Of a DNA stretch of 64,000 bases, positions 46,036-56,138 are shown piece by piece. Each line of letters starts with the position of its first letter. Position 1 is the first letter of the stretch. Location: the NCBI GenBank assembly GCA_965200245.1, contig CBDATS010000005.1:785365-849364 (forward strand), written 5' to 3'. The translations under genes and the position numbers were made by a program. This DNA is from a bacterium. GTDB taxonomy: Bacteria; UBA8248. Under the pieces are notes generated by a model. It worked only from the letters and a program-made list of their open reading frames with translations. It was not told where the DNA came from and ran no database searches.

Positions 46036-47193
46036 ATGGTAGGCGCCGCCGTCATCAGACAAGCGCTTGAAGCCAGAAAAGATGAGATCATCGAGCAAAT
46101 CGCCTACGTAGTAAATATCGACTCTCCGACGTTCCCCGGCAAGGGAACGAACGCCGTTTCCTCCCATTTTGCGGAGGAATATCATGCGATGGGGGCTGAC
46201 ATAGAGATGATCCCGGGTACATATGAAACGGGAGACCATCTACTCGCTACGTTCAACGGCGCGAGAAAAAGCGGCCCCCATATATTCTTGATCGGGCACT
46301 GCGACACCGTTTTCCCGGAGGGAACCGCCGCGAAAAGACCGTTCACCATAAAAGACGGAATCGCCTACGGTCCCGGAGTAGCCGACATGAAGGGATGCCT
46401 GGTGACATGTCAATTCGTGATGGAAACGATACTCGCCGAAGGATTCGAGGAGTTCGCGAAAATCAGCATCCTGTACGATACCGACGAAGAACGCGGAAAT
46501 CCCTCATCGAGAGAAGTGATAGAGCGAATCGGAAAAGACGCCGACGTCGCATTGATCATCGAGTCGGGCCGCGCGAACGGTTCCATCGTCTCCTCGCGGA
46601 AAGGAAGTTGCTACGGCAGACTAAACGTCAGCGGCGTCTCCGCCCACGCGGGCGTCGCACCGGAAGAAGGCAGAAGTGCAGTGCACGAACTCGCCTTCCA
46701 AATGGTGGCGATTCAAAAGCTGGAGCGCGAAGGGGGGACAGTCAACATCACTGGCCTCTCGGGCGGACACAGGCCACACATCGTGGCGAATGAGGCTTCC
46801 TGTCACATTGAAGTCCGGGCAGAAAGACAAGCGATTTTCGATTTCATGATGGAGGAACTGCACCGCATTACTTCCAGCCCTCACATCGAGGGAACACATT
46901 CGGAATTCGAAATACTAAGCGGGAGACCCGTCATGGAGTTCAACGCCGGAGCGAGAAGGCTCGTCTCCATCACGGCGGAAATCGCCAGGGACGCAGGCGT
47001 CGAATTTATGCACGCACCCAGCGGCGGGGGTTCCGACGGAAATTATCTCTCCCCGCTCGGTGTCGCAGTTCTCGACGGTCTGGGTCCCGTGGGGGGAAAT
47101 CTGCACACGGATGAGGAATACCTGGAACTCGACTCCATCGCTCCGAGAGGCGCACTTCTTGGCGGGCTGGTCGAGCGCTTGTCTACCGAATAA
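46036..47193 (+). CDS. M20 metallopeptidase (glutamate carboxypeptidase-like)
   Basis: GHCDTV, GPGVADMKG, DEE, SAHAG, GGGSDGN, HTDEE. Confidence 0.92.
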   Translation: MVGAAVIRQALEARKDEIIEQIAYVVNIDSPTFPGKGTNAVSSHFAEEYHAMGADIEMIPGTYETGDHLLATFNGARKSGPHIFLIGHCDTVFPEGTAAKRPFTIKDGIAYGPGVADMKGCLVTCQFVMETILAEGFEEFAKISILYDTDEERGNPSSREVIERIGKDADVALIIESGRANGSIVSSRKGSCYGRLNVSGVSAHAGVAPEEGRSAVHELAFQMVAIQKLEREGGTVNITGLSGGHRPHIVANEASCHIEVRAERQAIFDFMMEELHRITSSPHIEGTHSEFEILSGRPVMEFNAGARRLVSITAEIARDAGVEFMHAPSGGGSDGNYLSPLGVAVLDGLGPVGGNLHTDEEYLELDSIAPRGALLGGLVERLSTE

Positions 47194-47201
47194 GGAGTGA
47201 A

Positions 47202-47228
47202 CCGGAAGGGAAACCTACCCTTCCCGGG
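47202..47228. terminator. Hairpin at the junction of two convergent genes
   Basis: ccggaaggg-aaaccta-cccttcccgg. Confidence 0.4.
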
Positions 47229-48438
47229 GAATCCCGACTTCAGAGCGAGGTTTGGGTTCCTGAACCACCTCATTCTCAAGCAAGGCTTCTATCTTCTCGT
47301 TACTGAACCCCAAGAATCGTGACAGGATTTCGCGGGTATGCTCCCCGTGCAGCGGAGCCGGTCCCTGTACCTTGCCCGGATGCTCGGAGAATTTCAGGGG
47401 AAGACCGGTAGCGTTGAACTTTCCGAGTAGCGAATGGTCCGTTTCCACTGCCATCTCCTTGTGGCGAACCTGTTCATCTTCGAGCGCTTCACCGACATTA
47501 TACACTGGGCCGCATGGAATCCCTTTTTCATCCAGCAATTTCAGCCACTCGTTTCCATTTCGCCTGGAGAGATGCCTCTCCAGGATGGGAATGAGTTCAC
47601 CCCGATTCTTTGCCCGGCTCGGGATGTCGACGAATCTCGGGTCATTCGTCAATTCCGGAGCTTCGATGATGTCACAGAAATAACCCCAGAACCTGTCACT
47701 CGTCACCCCGATGATGATTTCCTTGTCCCTGGCCCTGAAGGCCTGATAGGGAACGATTTGAAAATGGGCCGAACCCCAAAGCTCGCTGAAACTGCCATCC
47801 ATGAAATAGCAACCGCTCAGGTTCGTGAGCAGGGACACGCTGCTGTCCAGGAGAGAAAGATCGATATATTGCCCCCTGCCCGTCTTCTCTCTGGCGAACA
47901 ATGCACTGCTTACGCCGTAAGCCGCCCACATGCCCGCCGTGAGGTCGCTCAGCGGAATCCCGGCCTTGCAAGGCCCGCCGTCGGGTTCGCCCGTCGTGCT
48001 CATGATGCCGCTCATTGCCTGACCGACAATGTCGAAACCCGCGCGATCCCGATACGGTCCGGTCTGCCCGAAACCGGACACGGAAACGGATACCAATCGA
48101 GGATTCAAAGCGGATAGCGCTTCGTACCCGACACCCAGACGCCTTGTGACCCCCGGGCGAAAATTTTCTACCAAGACATCCACCTTCCTTGCGATTGCGC
48201 GGGTGATTTCGAGTCCTTCACGTTTCTTGAGGTCGACCACAATGCTCTTCTTTCCGCGGTTCACACTCATGAAATAGGCGCTCTCTCCCTTTTTGAACGG
48301 GGGACCCCAGGTGCGCGTTTCATCTCCGTTCCCGGGAGGTTCGAGCTTCAAGATTTCCGCACCCAGATCCGAGAGCATCGTGGTGCAAAAAGGTCCGGCA
48401 AGGATTCGGGACAAATCCAGCACGCGAATTCCCTTCAA
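47215..48438 (-). CDS. CaiB/BaiF family III CoA-transferase
   Basis: GIRVLDLSRILAGP, LGAEILKLE, NRGKKS, ENFRPG, GFGQTGP. Confidence 0.93.
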   Translation of the reverse strand: MKGIRVLDLSRILAGPFCTTMLSDLGAEILKLEPPGNGDETRTWGPPFKKGESAYFMSVNRGKKSIVVDLKKREGLEITRAIARKVDVLVENFRPGVTRRLGVGYEALSALNPRLVSVSVSGFGQTGPYRDRAGFDIVGQAMSGIMSTTGEPDGGPCKAGIPLSDLTAGMWAAYGVSSALFAREKTGRGQYIDLSLLDSSVSLLTNLSGCYFMDGSFSELWGSAHFQIVPYQAFRARDKEIIIGVTSDRFWGYFCDIIEAPELTNDPRFVDIPSRAKNRGELIPILERHLSRRNGNEWLKLLDEKGIPCGPVYNVGEALEDEQVRHKEMAVETDHSLLGKFNATGLPLKFSEHPGKVQGPAPLHGEHTREILSRFLGFSNEKIEALLENEVVQEPKPRSEVGIPREG

Positions 48439-48693
48439 TGGTCCTTGTACGTTCCATCATGCCCATCCTGAGAAATATGCAAGAAGTTTTTTTGAAAGCA
48501 CAAAATGTGCAAAGGGGAGAGGCTGTCTGTCAAGGAATCTTCGGAAAATCCCCAGCTTTTCTCCCGGGTCGGGAATGATGAACAGCGCGTTTCAGATTCG
48601 TGCGGATACGAAGAGGGAACTTTCGCCTATTGTACACACAAGGAAACGGTTCATATTTCGGAGATCCGTGGCCAGGTGGTAGCCATGGATTTG

Positions 48694-49734
48694 TTACGAA
48701 CGCCTTGAAGAAGGGAAATGCTCCCAAGCGAGGCTTTTGAGCTCGAATACAGCGTCCGCGCGCCTGAGGGAAATCCCTTCGGAAGCCGGCAGAATCTCTC
48801 CGATTGCCGTGAGCGGCACACCTCCCGTCCGTTCCACGGCCTCCTGAAGCGCGTCAACGGATTCAGCGGGCGCCGTTACGAGAAGCTCGTAGTCCTCTCC
48901 GCCGTGCAACGCCCATTCGGCGGGGGTTCTGGCGGCGAGCGACGCCGCCTTCCGCAGGGCGGCGGAGACGGGCAGTCTGGATTCCCACAGGAGCACGCCC
49001 GTCCCGCTTGCTTCGCACAGATGACGGATGTCGCCGGCCAGGCCATCACTGATGTCCATCATCGCCGTCGCCAGCCCCGATTCCGCGATGACAGTTCCCT
49101 CGGCCACACGGGGCTGCGGTTCGAACTGTGCGCTCACGAGCGAAGCGCCCGACCCTTCGCGGACATGGAACGGCAGATGTGACGACACATGAAGTCCCGC
49201 GGCGGCATCGCCCAGGGTTCCTGTCACCAGAACCCGGTCACCCGCACGGGCACCGCTTCGGCGCAGAACCTTCCCCTCCATCATTTCGCCCACGAGGAAC
49301 ACGTCGACAAACAAGGGTCCGCCCGTTCGCGTGACGTTTCCGCCCAGAACCAGGATGTCGTATCGCTCCGACAGCGCGCGAACCCCGCCATACACATCGT
49401 CGAGAAACGAAACGGACGTCTCCCCGGGAATCCCCAGCGAGATCAGGGCGAAGCGCGGCCTCGCCCCCATGGCCGCCACATCGCTCACGTTCACGGCCAG
49501 CGACCTGTAGCCGACCGAGAAACCCGACACGTCCCCCGCGAGCGGGAAATGAACGCCGCCCACCTGCGCGTCGCACGTCACCACCCAGCATTTCCCGTCC
49601 GCCGCCCTGATGACAGCCGCATCGTCCCCGTTCCCGACGATGACGTCCGCGTCATTCCCGACCGGGCCGAGTTTTTCCCGCAGGCGTTCTATGAGGGCGA
49701 ACTCGCCGAATCCCCTCGCCGATCCGCCTCTCAT
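48694..49734 (-). CDS. thiL: Thiamine-monophosphate kinase
   Basis: GEFALIE, GDDAA, NVSDVAAMG, DISDGL, GGEDYEL. Confidence 0.95.
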   Translation of the reverse strand: MRGGSARGFGEFALIERLREKLGPVGNDADVIVGNGDDAAVIRAADGKCWVVTCDAQVGGVHFPLAGDVSGFSVGYRSLAVNVSDVAAMGARPRFALISLGIPGETSVSFLDDVYGGVRALSERYDILVLGGNVTRTGGPLFVDVFLVGEMMEGKVLRRSGARAGDRVLVTGTLGDAAAGLHVSSHLPFHVREGSGASLVSAQFEPQPRVAEGTVIAESGLATAMMDISDGLAGDIRHLCEASGTGVLLWESRLPVSAALRKAASLAARTPAEWALHGGEDYELLVTAPAESVDALQEAVERTGGVPLTAIGEILPASEGISLRRADAVFELKSLAWEHFPSSRRS

Positions 49735-50375
49735 TTCCCCGCCCTCCCGATGCGCCTGCGCAGCTCCCTGGCCGCGGCCTCCGGGTCGGGCGCTCCCATC
49801 ACCGCCCCGATCACGGCGACACCCGCCGCGCCGGCCTCCATGACGGATTCCACGTTCCCGGCGCCGATGCCCCCGATGGCGACGGCGGGCACCCCGGGGG
49901 CGTGCGTGACGATTCGCCGGAATCCCTCCGGTCCGATTGGTTCCCTCGCATCCGCCTTGCTGCCCGTCCGGTAGACGGGACCCACGCCGATATAGTCCGC
50001 ATTCTCGGCGGCGGCCCGCGACGCCCATTCGGGTTTTCCGGCCGTCACGCCGTAAAACAGCGCGTCTCCCGCAATCGCCCTGGCTCGCGGAAGCGGAAAG
50101 TCCCCCTGCCCCAGGTGCACCCCTTCCGCGCCGCAGGCCATGGCGACGTCCACGCGATCGTTCACCGTCAGGGCGCAGCCGGTTCCCTCCAGGGCCTCCC
50201 GCAGTTCATCCGCCAGGCGAATCATCTCCACGCCACCCATGTGCTTCTCCCGAAGCTGGATCATGGTGGCTCCCCCCGTCGCTGCCGCGCGGACCGCATC
50301 CCGCAGTTTCCACCCGGAAGCCTGCGCCAGGATCATGCGGTCGGTGATGACGATCAGCGTTGGGTCGAATCTCAT
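49731..50375 (-). CDS. thiE: Thiamine-phosphate synthase
   Basis: QLREK, NDRVDVA, GVHLGQ, DYIGVGP..T.SK, AIGGI. Confidence 0.95.
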   Translation of the reverse strand: MRFDPTLIVITDRMILAQASGWKLRDAVRAAATGGATMIQLREKHMGGVEMIRLADELREALEGTGCALTVNDRVDVAMACGAEGVHLGQGDFPLPRARAIAGDALFYGVTAGKPEWASRAAAENADYIGVGPVYRTGSKADAREPIGPEGFRRIVTHAPGVPAVAIGGIGAGNVESVMEAGAAGVAVIGAVMGAPDPEAAARELRRRIGRAGK

Positions 50376-50570
50376 GGTGTCCTCCATGATGCAGAAAGCG
50401 AAACGTCCATATAGATAATGAAACATTCACACCACGGCAGGCAACGGCGGCAGTCCATGCGGCAGAACATGTGCATCCGCAGGAAGAAACATCCGGACCT
50501 GTCGGGTTTCTCCCTTGCGTATTTTTCCCATGCCTGAGAGTCTCTTCTCCCATATCTGAAGGAGACCGCC

Positions 50571-50855
50571 ATGAACTGGATTCAACCCATTTCCCCGGAT
50601 TCCGCCGACCGCGTCATGCTCGACTATGCAGGGAAATTCACTCACACTCCCCATGAAATGGAAAAAACGGACATCGAGCGTCTGAGGGACGCCGGTTTCA
50701 GTGAGGAAAACATCATCGACATCATTGCAGCCACGGCCTGCAGAAACTTCGCCAATTCCATCAACTACGCCTGCGGGCATGTGGAGCAATACCCGGAAGG
50801 TCCCGGGGAATTGCAGGCAGCCATTAAGAGGCTGAAAAGGAAAATTCATGGCTGA
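50571..50855 (+). pseudogene. AhpD/CMD peroxidase-related protein with internal in-frame deletion
   Basis: N-terminus MNWIQPISPDSA joined directly to C-terminal DRVMLDYAGKFT..P..M...DIERLR.AGFSEE.I; the central CxxC/CxxU region is absent. Confidence 0.65.
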
Positions 50856-51591
50856 CAGGTCAACCACCCTCTCGTCATTACCGTATGCGGGTCTGCTCAT
50901 ATCGATCGTTTGCGTGCTGGCTGCCGCGGCTTCCGGGCTGGGCTATCGTGGTGGACTTTGGCATTTCGGCACGGGGTTCCAGATTTTCAAGGTCTCGGCC
51001 GTCATCGCACTGATCTCCGTGGTCATTTCGATGACGGGCGGACTGTTCGCCCTGCGCGACGCGTCCAGAGCAAGGACAGTCTGCGCCGCCCTTGGCATAT
51101 GCCTGGGTTTCACCGTCGCGGGTTTTTTTCATGCGCAAATGCAAATCGCGAGACGTGTGCCCGATATTCGCGACATCACGACGGATACCCGGAATCCGCC
51201 GGCCTTTCAGGCCCTTCTCCCCCTGCGAAAAGGAGCAGGAAACCCGGCGAACTACGAGGGTGCGCGCATCGCGCGGCTTCAGGAAAAGGCATATCCGGAC
51301 CTGAAACCACTCATCTTCCAGGCATCGAAAGAAGAGGTTTTCAACCGCGCCCTGGACACTGCCCGCGCCATGGGCTGGCGGATTGTGTCATCGAAACCGA
51401 CCGCGGGTCGCATCGAAGCCTACGATACGACTTTCTGGTACGGCTTCACCGACGACATCGTCATACGGGTCACGTCGGGGAACGGCGAGACCCGCCTCGA
51501 CATTCGATCGAAGGCCCGCTTTGGTGTTGGCGACTTTGGCGCGAACGCCAGGCGGATTCGGGGATTTTCCGAAAGGCTGAAGGCAAGATAG
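50848..51591 (+). CDS. DUF1499 family membrane protein
   Basis: Three TM helices, DITTD..NPP, YPDLKP, GRIEA...T.WYGFTDDIVIR, DIRS..R.G.GDFGANARRI. Confidence 0.88.
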   Translation: MADRSTTLSSLPYAGLLISIVCVLAAAASGLGYRGGLWHFGTGFQIFKVSAVIALISVVISMTGGLFALRDASRARTVCAALGICLGFTVAGFFHAQMQIARRVPDIRDITTDTRNPPAFQALLPLRKGAGNPANYEGARIARLQEKAYPDLKPLIFQASKEEVFNRALDTARAMGWRIVSSKPTAGRIEAYDTTFWYGFTDDIVIRVTSGNGETRLDIRSKARFGVGDFGANARRIRGFSERLKAR

Positions 51592-51654
51592 ACTCCGGTA
51601 TCCAGTTTTGCACGACCGGTTTCGCCGAAGTATTGAACTTGGCCCATGTTCAAG

Positions 51655-52197
51655 TCAGAGGTCAAAGATTGGTACCTTGAGATTCCTAGCTTGTTGAATA
51701 TCACCAACCTTTGAATAACCTGTTAAGTAAACCAAGTAATTATACCATGTGATAATATAAGCGTGATGAGAATCTTGAGGAGATATGCTTGGCGGTTTAA
51801 TTCCCAAGGTGAGTAACGATGGTATAATTTCATGCAAACAGGAAAAAAGAATCGCAACATCTTTGCTTTGGGTTCGCAAAAGATTCTCTGCTATTCCTCT
51901 TGCAATAGCAATGTCTTCATACAACACCATCAGTTTTGTTGAAGGTCGTCTTTCATGGAAAAAAATACAGATATACCCTGTCAATCGAGAACTAAAATAT
52001 ACAATCCCTGCTATTGAGATCATCGGAACGAAAGCTGAAATATACGGGATCATGCTAGACACCTTGCTTGCGGATCCCGCAATATCTTGTAAGATGCTAA
52101 TACTTGTTACCAAGCCTGTTATTGACGTATAAGTGGAGTGTGCGATTTTTTCCATGTCGCCATAATCTCCCGAATCTGCATCTTGTGCCCCATTCAC
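51655..52197 (-). CDS. Low-GC hypothetical membrane protein
   Basis: 180-aa AT-rich ORF with hydrophobic segments; no family recognised. Confidence 0.5.
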   Translation of the reverse strand: MNGAQDADSGDYGDMEKIAHSTYTSITGLVTSISILQDIAGSASKVSSMIPYISAFVPMISIAGIVYFSSRLTGYICIFFHERRPSTKLMVLYEDIAIARGIAENLLRTQSKDVAILFSCLHEIIPSLLTLGIKPPSISPQDSHHAYIITWYNYLVYLTGYSKVGDIQQARNLKVPIFDL

Positions 52198-52235
52198 TCA
52201 AGTGCATAATCACCAAATGACAAATCTTGAACACC

Positions 52236-54578
52236 ATGACGAGGGCGCCAATGTCTGGCTATCATTTTCTGGGCAAATCCATACCGAGGCTCGATTCCGC
52301 AGAGATAGTTTCCGGTTTCGCTGATTATGGCGATGACTTGAGAAGACACGGCACCCTCACCGCTAAGCAGCTCCTTAGCCCGCATCCCCATGCCGGGATC
52401 AGGAAAATCGACACCACCGATGCCTGGAAGGTTCCCGGCGTGCACGCCGTCGTCACAGCAGATGATTTTTCCGGCATTCGCCATGGCAGGCTGGTGCGCG
52501 ATGAACCGTTGCTGGCTATCGGAAAAGTGCTTTACGTCGGCGAGCGCGTGGCGGCCGTCGCCGCCGAAACACCTGAAGCCGCGCAAGCCGCAGTCGACAG
52601 GATTCGTGTCGATTACAAGGTGCTCCCTGCCGTTTTCACGACGGACGAAGCCATGAAAGAGGACGCACCGATCCTGCACGAATCCCTGAACGATTACACG
52701 TCTTTTCCAGGCATCGTGCGCTACGGAAACGTGGCCGCCGACATCCTTATCCAATCCGGCGAACCCATCGAAGAAGCTCTTGCGCGCGCCGACCATGTAT
52801 TCGAGGACGAATACGAAACGCCCCGCGTTCACCAAAACTATCTCGAACCCCGCGCCATGCTTGCAGAACCCGGACCGGAAGACAGCACGACAGTCTACTC
52901 GCCCACCCAAGCAGCATTCGTAGTGCGCGCCATCGCATCTGAAATACTGGAACTCCCCATGAACAGACTGCGCGTCGTAAGCACACACGTGGGTGGCGCC
53001 TTCGGCGGCAAATCCCAGCATCTGCTGGAAGCTCTGGTCGTTCTTCTGAGCAGGAAATCGAACCGGCCTGTTCAGCTGACTCTTAATCGTGAAGAGGAAA
53101 CCATCACGGGAAACCCGAGGCACGCATACCGCATGCGCTATCGCACGGGCGTGACGCGGGAAGGCAAAATCATCGCGCGCCATGTGCAAATCACCTCGAA
53201 CAACGGTGCCTATTGCATGACGGGACCGATGGTGTTGGGGAAATCCTGCTACACCAGCGCGGGACCATACAAAATTCCAAACGTCAAGGTAGATGGTCTG
53301 CTTGTATACACGAACCTCCCTCCCAGCGGTTCGTACCGGGGATTGGGCGTGGCACAGGTCGCTTTCGCTTGCGAGCGTCATACTGACCGCATCGCCTCCG
53401 AATTGGGAATAGACCCGCTCGCCTTTCGGCTTCTCAATGCAATGGATGAAAACGATGAGGATCCCGCCGGCACGATCCTCCAGAGCGTGAGCATCAAGGA
53501 AACGCTCGAACGCGCAGGCGAAAAGGCGGGATGGGGACAACACAAGAAAGAAAATCGGGACTGCAGAATCCGGCGCGGTATGGGTATCGGTGCTGCGCGC
53601 TACCCCACCGGTGGAGGGGCGTCGGGTGCCGTGGTGAAAGTGAATGAAGACGGAGGTCTGGCTGTGCTGGCCGGCTGTTCCGATCTGGGTACGGGCGCAG
53701 CCACTGTGATGGCACAGGTGGCGGCGGAGGTTTTTCGAATCGCGGTCCAGAAAGTAAGCGTCCGAATCGCCGACACCGAAACCACCCCCTTCGACGCTAT
53801 CTCCGCAGGCAGCCGCACCACGTTCAACATGGCGCACGCGGTGCGCATGGCGGCGGAAGACGCCAGAGAGCAAATGTTTCGCCAGGCAGCCCGCATGCTC
53901 GAATCCTCTCCAGAAGACCTGGACATAGACGATGGAAACATATTCGTCCGCGCGGCACCCTCGCGGGCCATTCCATTCGCCGAGGTGGCATATTCTGCCG
54001 TATGGAAGGGCGACGGCCCCGTAACGGGCCGCGGTTCCTATCGCGGAGAGAATCCCCCCCACCGCACGGACAACGTGCGTGGTCACCCGGAACCCTCAAG
54101 GCCCGGTCCGGAATTCGCCACACAAATTGCCGAGGTCGAGGTCGACACCGAAACCGGAGAAACCAGGGTCCTGAAAATCACCAGTGCCCAGGACGTGGGC
54201 TTCGCCATGAACCCTCTCACCCTGAACGGACAGATAGAGGGCGGCATCGCCCAAGGTCTGGGCTGGGCTCTCACCGAGCAGATTCACCATGAAGGGGGTA
54301 TCATCGAACACGCGGATTTCGAGAGTCAACTCAACCCCACGAGTCTGGACGTATCGGAAGTTGAAAGCGTGATCGTGGAATCTCCCGACGTAGAAGGTCC
54401 CTACGGGGCCAAAGGGGCGGGGGAGATGCCACTCATTCCGGCGGCGCCCGCGATTGCAAACGCGATTGCAGACGCCATCGGGGATCCGGCCAACTCACAC
54501 CTCAACAAACTGCCAATTGCGCCGGAAGACATCGTTCGCGCCATTCACGAAAAAAGCGCTGCCGTACCGGTTTCCTAG
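52236..54578 (+). CDS. Xanthine dehydrogenase family molybdopterin-binding (large) subunit
   Basis: SPHPHA, HQNYLEP, GGAFGGK, YRGLG, GQIEGGIAQGLG, GAKGAGE. Confidence 0.93.
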   Translation: MTRAPMSGYHFLGKSIPRLDSAEIVSGFADYGDDLRRHGTLTAKQLLSPHPHAGIRKIDTTDAWKVPGVHAVVTADDFSGIRHGRLVRDEPLLAIGKVLYVGERVAAVAAETPEAAQAAVDRIRVDYKVLPAVFTTDEAMKEDAPILHESLNDYTSFPGIVRYGNVAADILIQSGEPIEEALARADHVFEDEYETPRVHQNYLEPRAMLAEPGPEDSTTVYSPTQAAFVVRAIASEILELPMNRLRVVSTHVGGAFGGKSQHLLEALVVLLSRKSNRPVQLTLNREEETITGNPRHAYRMRYRTGVTREGKIIARHVQITSNNGAYCMTGPMVLGKSCYTSAGPYKIPNVKVDGLLVYTNLPPSGSYRGLGVAQVAFACERHTDRIASELGIDPLAFRLLNAMDENDEDPAGTILQSVSIKETLERAGEKAGWGQHKKENRDCRIRRGMGIGAARYPTGGGASGAVVKVNEDGGLAVLAGCSDLGTGAATVMAQVAAEVFRIAVQKVSVRIADTETTPFDAISAGSRTTFNMAHAVRMAAEDAREQMFRQAARMLESSPEDLDIDDGNIFVRAAPSRAIPFAEVAYSAVWKGDGPVTGRGSYRGENPPHRTDNVRGHPEPSRPGPEFATQIAEVEVDTETGETRVLKITSAQDVGFAMNPLTLNGQIEGGIAQGLGWALTEQIHHEGGIIEHADFESQLNPTSLDVSEVESVIVESPDVEGPYGAKGAGEMPLIPAAPAIANAIADAIGDPANSHLNKLPIAPEDIVRAIHEKSAAVPVS

Positions 54579-55852
54579 TTTTTCAGCTCAAATTTTTCAT
54601 CATAGATGTCAAAGCTCGATGAAGCCGCAATTTCCTGGGCCTGGGTGATGAGCCTGCGGGACAAATCCGAAATATCCGGATTTTTCAGAAACTCGACGTA
54701 GAAATTCTGGTAAAAGGCGTCGGGCCGCACATGAACGCGCACCCTCAACCCCGTCGCGCCCTCGAATTGCCCCCTTCTGTAACGGAAGGTGACGGACCCC
54801 TGGGGAGGAATGCGCGTATCGTAAATCTCCCGGGCAAAATCAGATGACAGTTTCCGTGCAATCACGTTGATTTGTCTTGAACCCGGCATGATCCGTCCCT
54901 CCCTATCCTCGAGTCCGGTGACGACCTCCACGGATGGCGTAATGTAGGTGGGCAAATAATGGCCAGCACCCGTATTCGTGAGCTTGATCCTGGCCATCAC
55001 GATCCCCCCTTCCGCCGCTTCCTCTTCCAGCGTAACGTCGACCAACACGGCACTCTGGGTCATATCCCTGTCATGTATGCCCCGCCAATGATGCGCACGT
55101 CCAGGCATGTGACAACTCTGGCATGCGACGCCCTCCCGCCCCCAGATGGAGTTTTTCCATTCGTTATACGTGTTTTGAACCGGTATTCCGTTTGGCCCGG
55201 GAGAAGTGTGCTGGTGACAATTCATACAAAATTCAGCGCGGCTGAAAAAAGGCGTGCGCTCCACTCCCGCGTGAGGACCGCTGCCCGTCGCTTCACTCCC
55301 GGGAGTTTCCTCCCTGAGCGGTCCATATACGCGCCAGTCCCGAACATGACATACGGCACAGGACAGTCCGTGCATCTCCAGGTTCCAGTCGTGCACCGGA
55401 TTTTTTCGCCAGTTCGCCTGAGGGCCGGCACCCATCTTCACACGCTTCTGTTGTTCCGCCAAGGGAGCGTGACACTCATTGCAGCTTTGCGCTTGTCCGG
55501 GATTCGCCTTCCACATATCGACAAGTTGACCGTATACGCCCGGACCCATCGCCCTGGCGTGAAACGAGGTCTTCCACTGTTCGTATTGATCGGCGTGGCA
55601 ACTCCCGCAACTCTCCGGCAAGAGTGAGCGTTCTGCGCCCTTGTATGATTGGGGTGCCTCGCCCATGGGACGCAGGGGATAGCGGAAGTGCTCGCTCACG
55701 AAATCCTGCCAACGCTTCCGTTCCCCGGTGCTTCCTTCATTCCCGACAGCCCTGGCAGAGGAGGGGAAAAAGCCCATGAATGCCGTCCTGACAACACCTG
55801 AGACAGCGAACAGGGCAATGGAAACCATCAAGGTCATGAGTTTCAAACGCAT
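54575..55852 (-). CDS. Exported multiheme c-type cytochrome (5 CxxCH)
   Basis: CGSCH, CNECH, CAVCH, CMNCH, CQSCH; N-terminal signal; GAGHYLPT. Confidence 0.9.
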   Translation of the reverse strand: MRLKLMTLMVSIALFAVSGVVRTAFMGFFPSSARAVGNEGSTGERKRWQDFVSEHFRYPLRPMGEAPQSYKGAERSLLPESCGSCHADQYEQWKTSFHARAMGPGVYGQLVDMWKANPGQAQSCNECHAPLAEQQKRVKMGAGPQANWRKNPVHDWNLEMHGLSCAVCHVRDWRVYGPLREETPGSEATGSGPHAGVERTPFFSRAEFCMNCHQHTSPGPNGIPVQNTYNEWKNSIWGREGVACQSCHMPGRAHHWRGIHDRDMTQSAVLVDVTLEEEAAEGGIVMARIKLTNTGAGHYLPTYITPSVEVVTGLEDREGRIMPGSRQINVIARKLSSDFAREIYDTRIPPQGSVTFRYRRGQFEGATGLRVRVHVRPDAFYQNFYVEFLKNPDISDLSRRLITQAQEIAASSSFDIYDEKFELKN

Positions 55853-56138
55853 TCCAAGTTCCCCTTGCGTCGACTTGCCCGCACATCCTGCCTGTTTTCG
55901 CATGACAACGCACGTACGAGGAAGTTCCTGCACTTTCCGGAAATAGCAGCCCTGCCCCGTACCTGTTTCCATTGTGTTCGCAAAACGCTATGTTTCTCAA
56001 CGGGTGGTATTTCACACAAAGTTCCATCTTCACATCCTGGATAATGATATCCCGCGATGGGGGATGTGCTTGCTTTCACGAATTGAACAGGGTCTGCCAA
56101 AGCAAACGAAACCAAAACCCGACAAATCCGGAGTCATT

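Noticed and set aside
49735-50028. Long N-terminal extension of ThiL in the ORF track (likewise for the GT4, cytochrome, GNAT and waaC ORFs)
   Set aside because: The extensions overlap neighbouring genes or lack family features; downstream starts fit better
50376-50570. TPP riboswitch upstream of thiE
   Set aside because: No CTGAGA...ACCTGA core on the coding strand
52194-54086. 630-aa minus-strand ORF
   Set aside because: Antisense shadow of the Mo-hydroxylase gene
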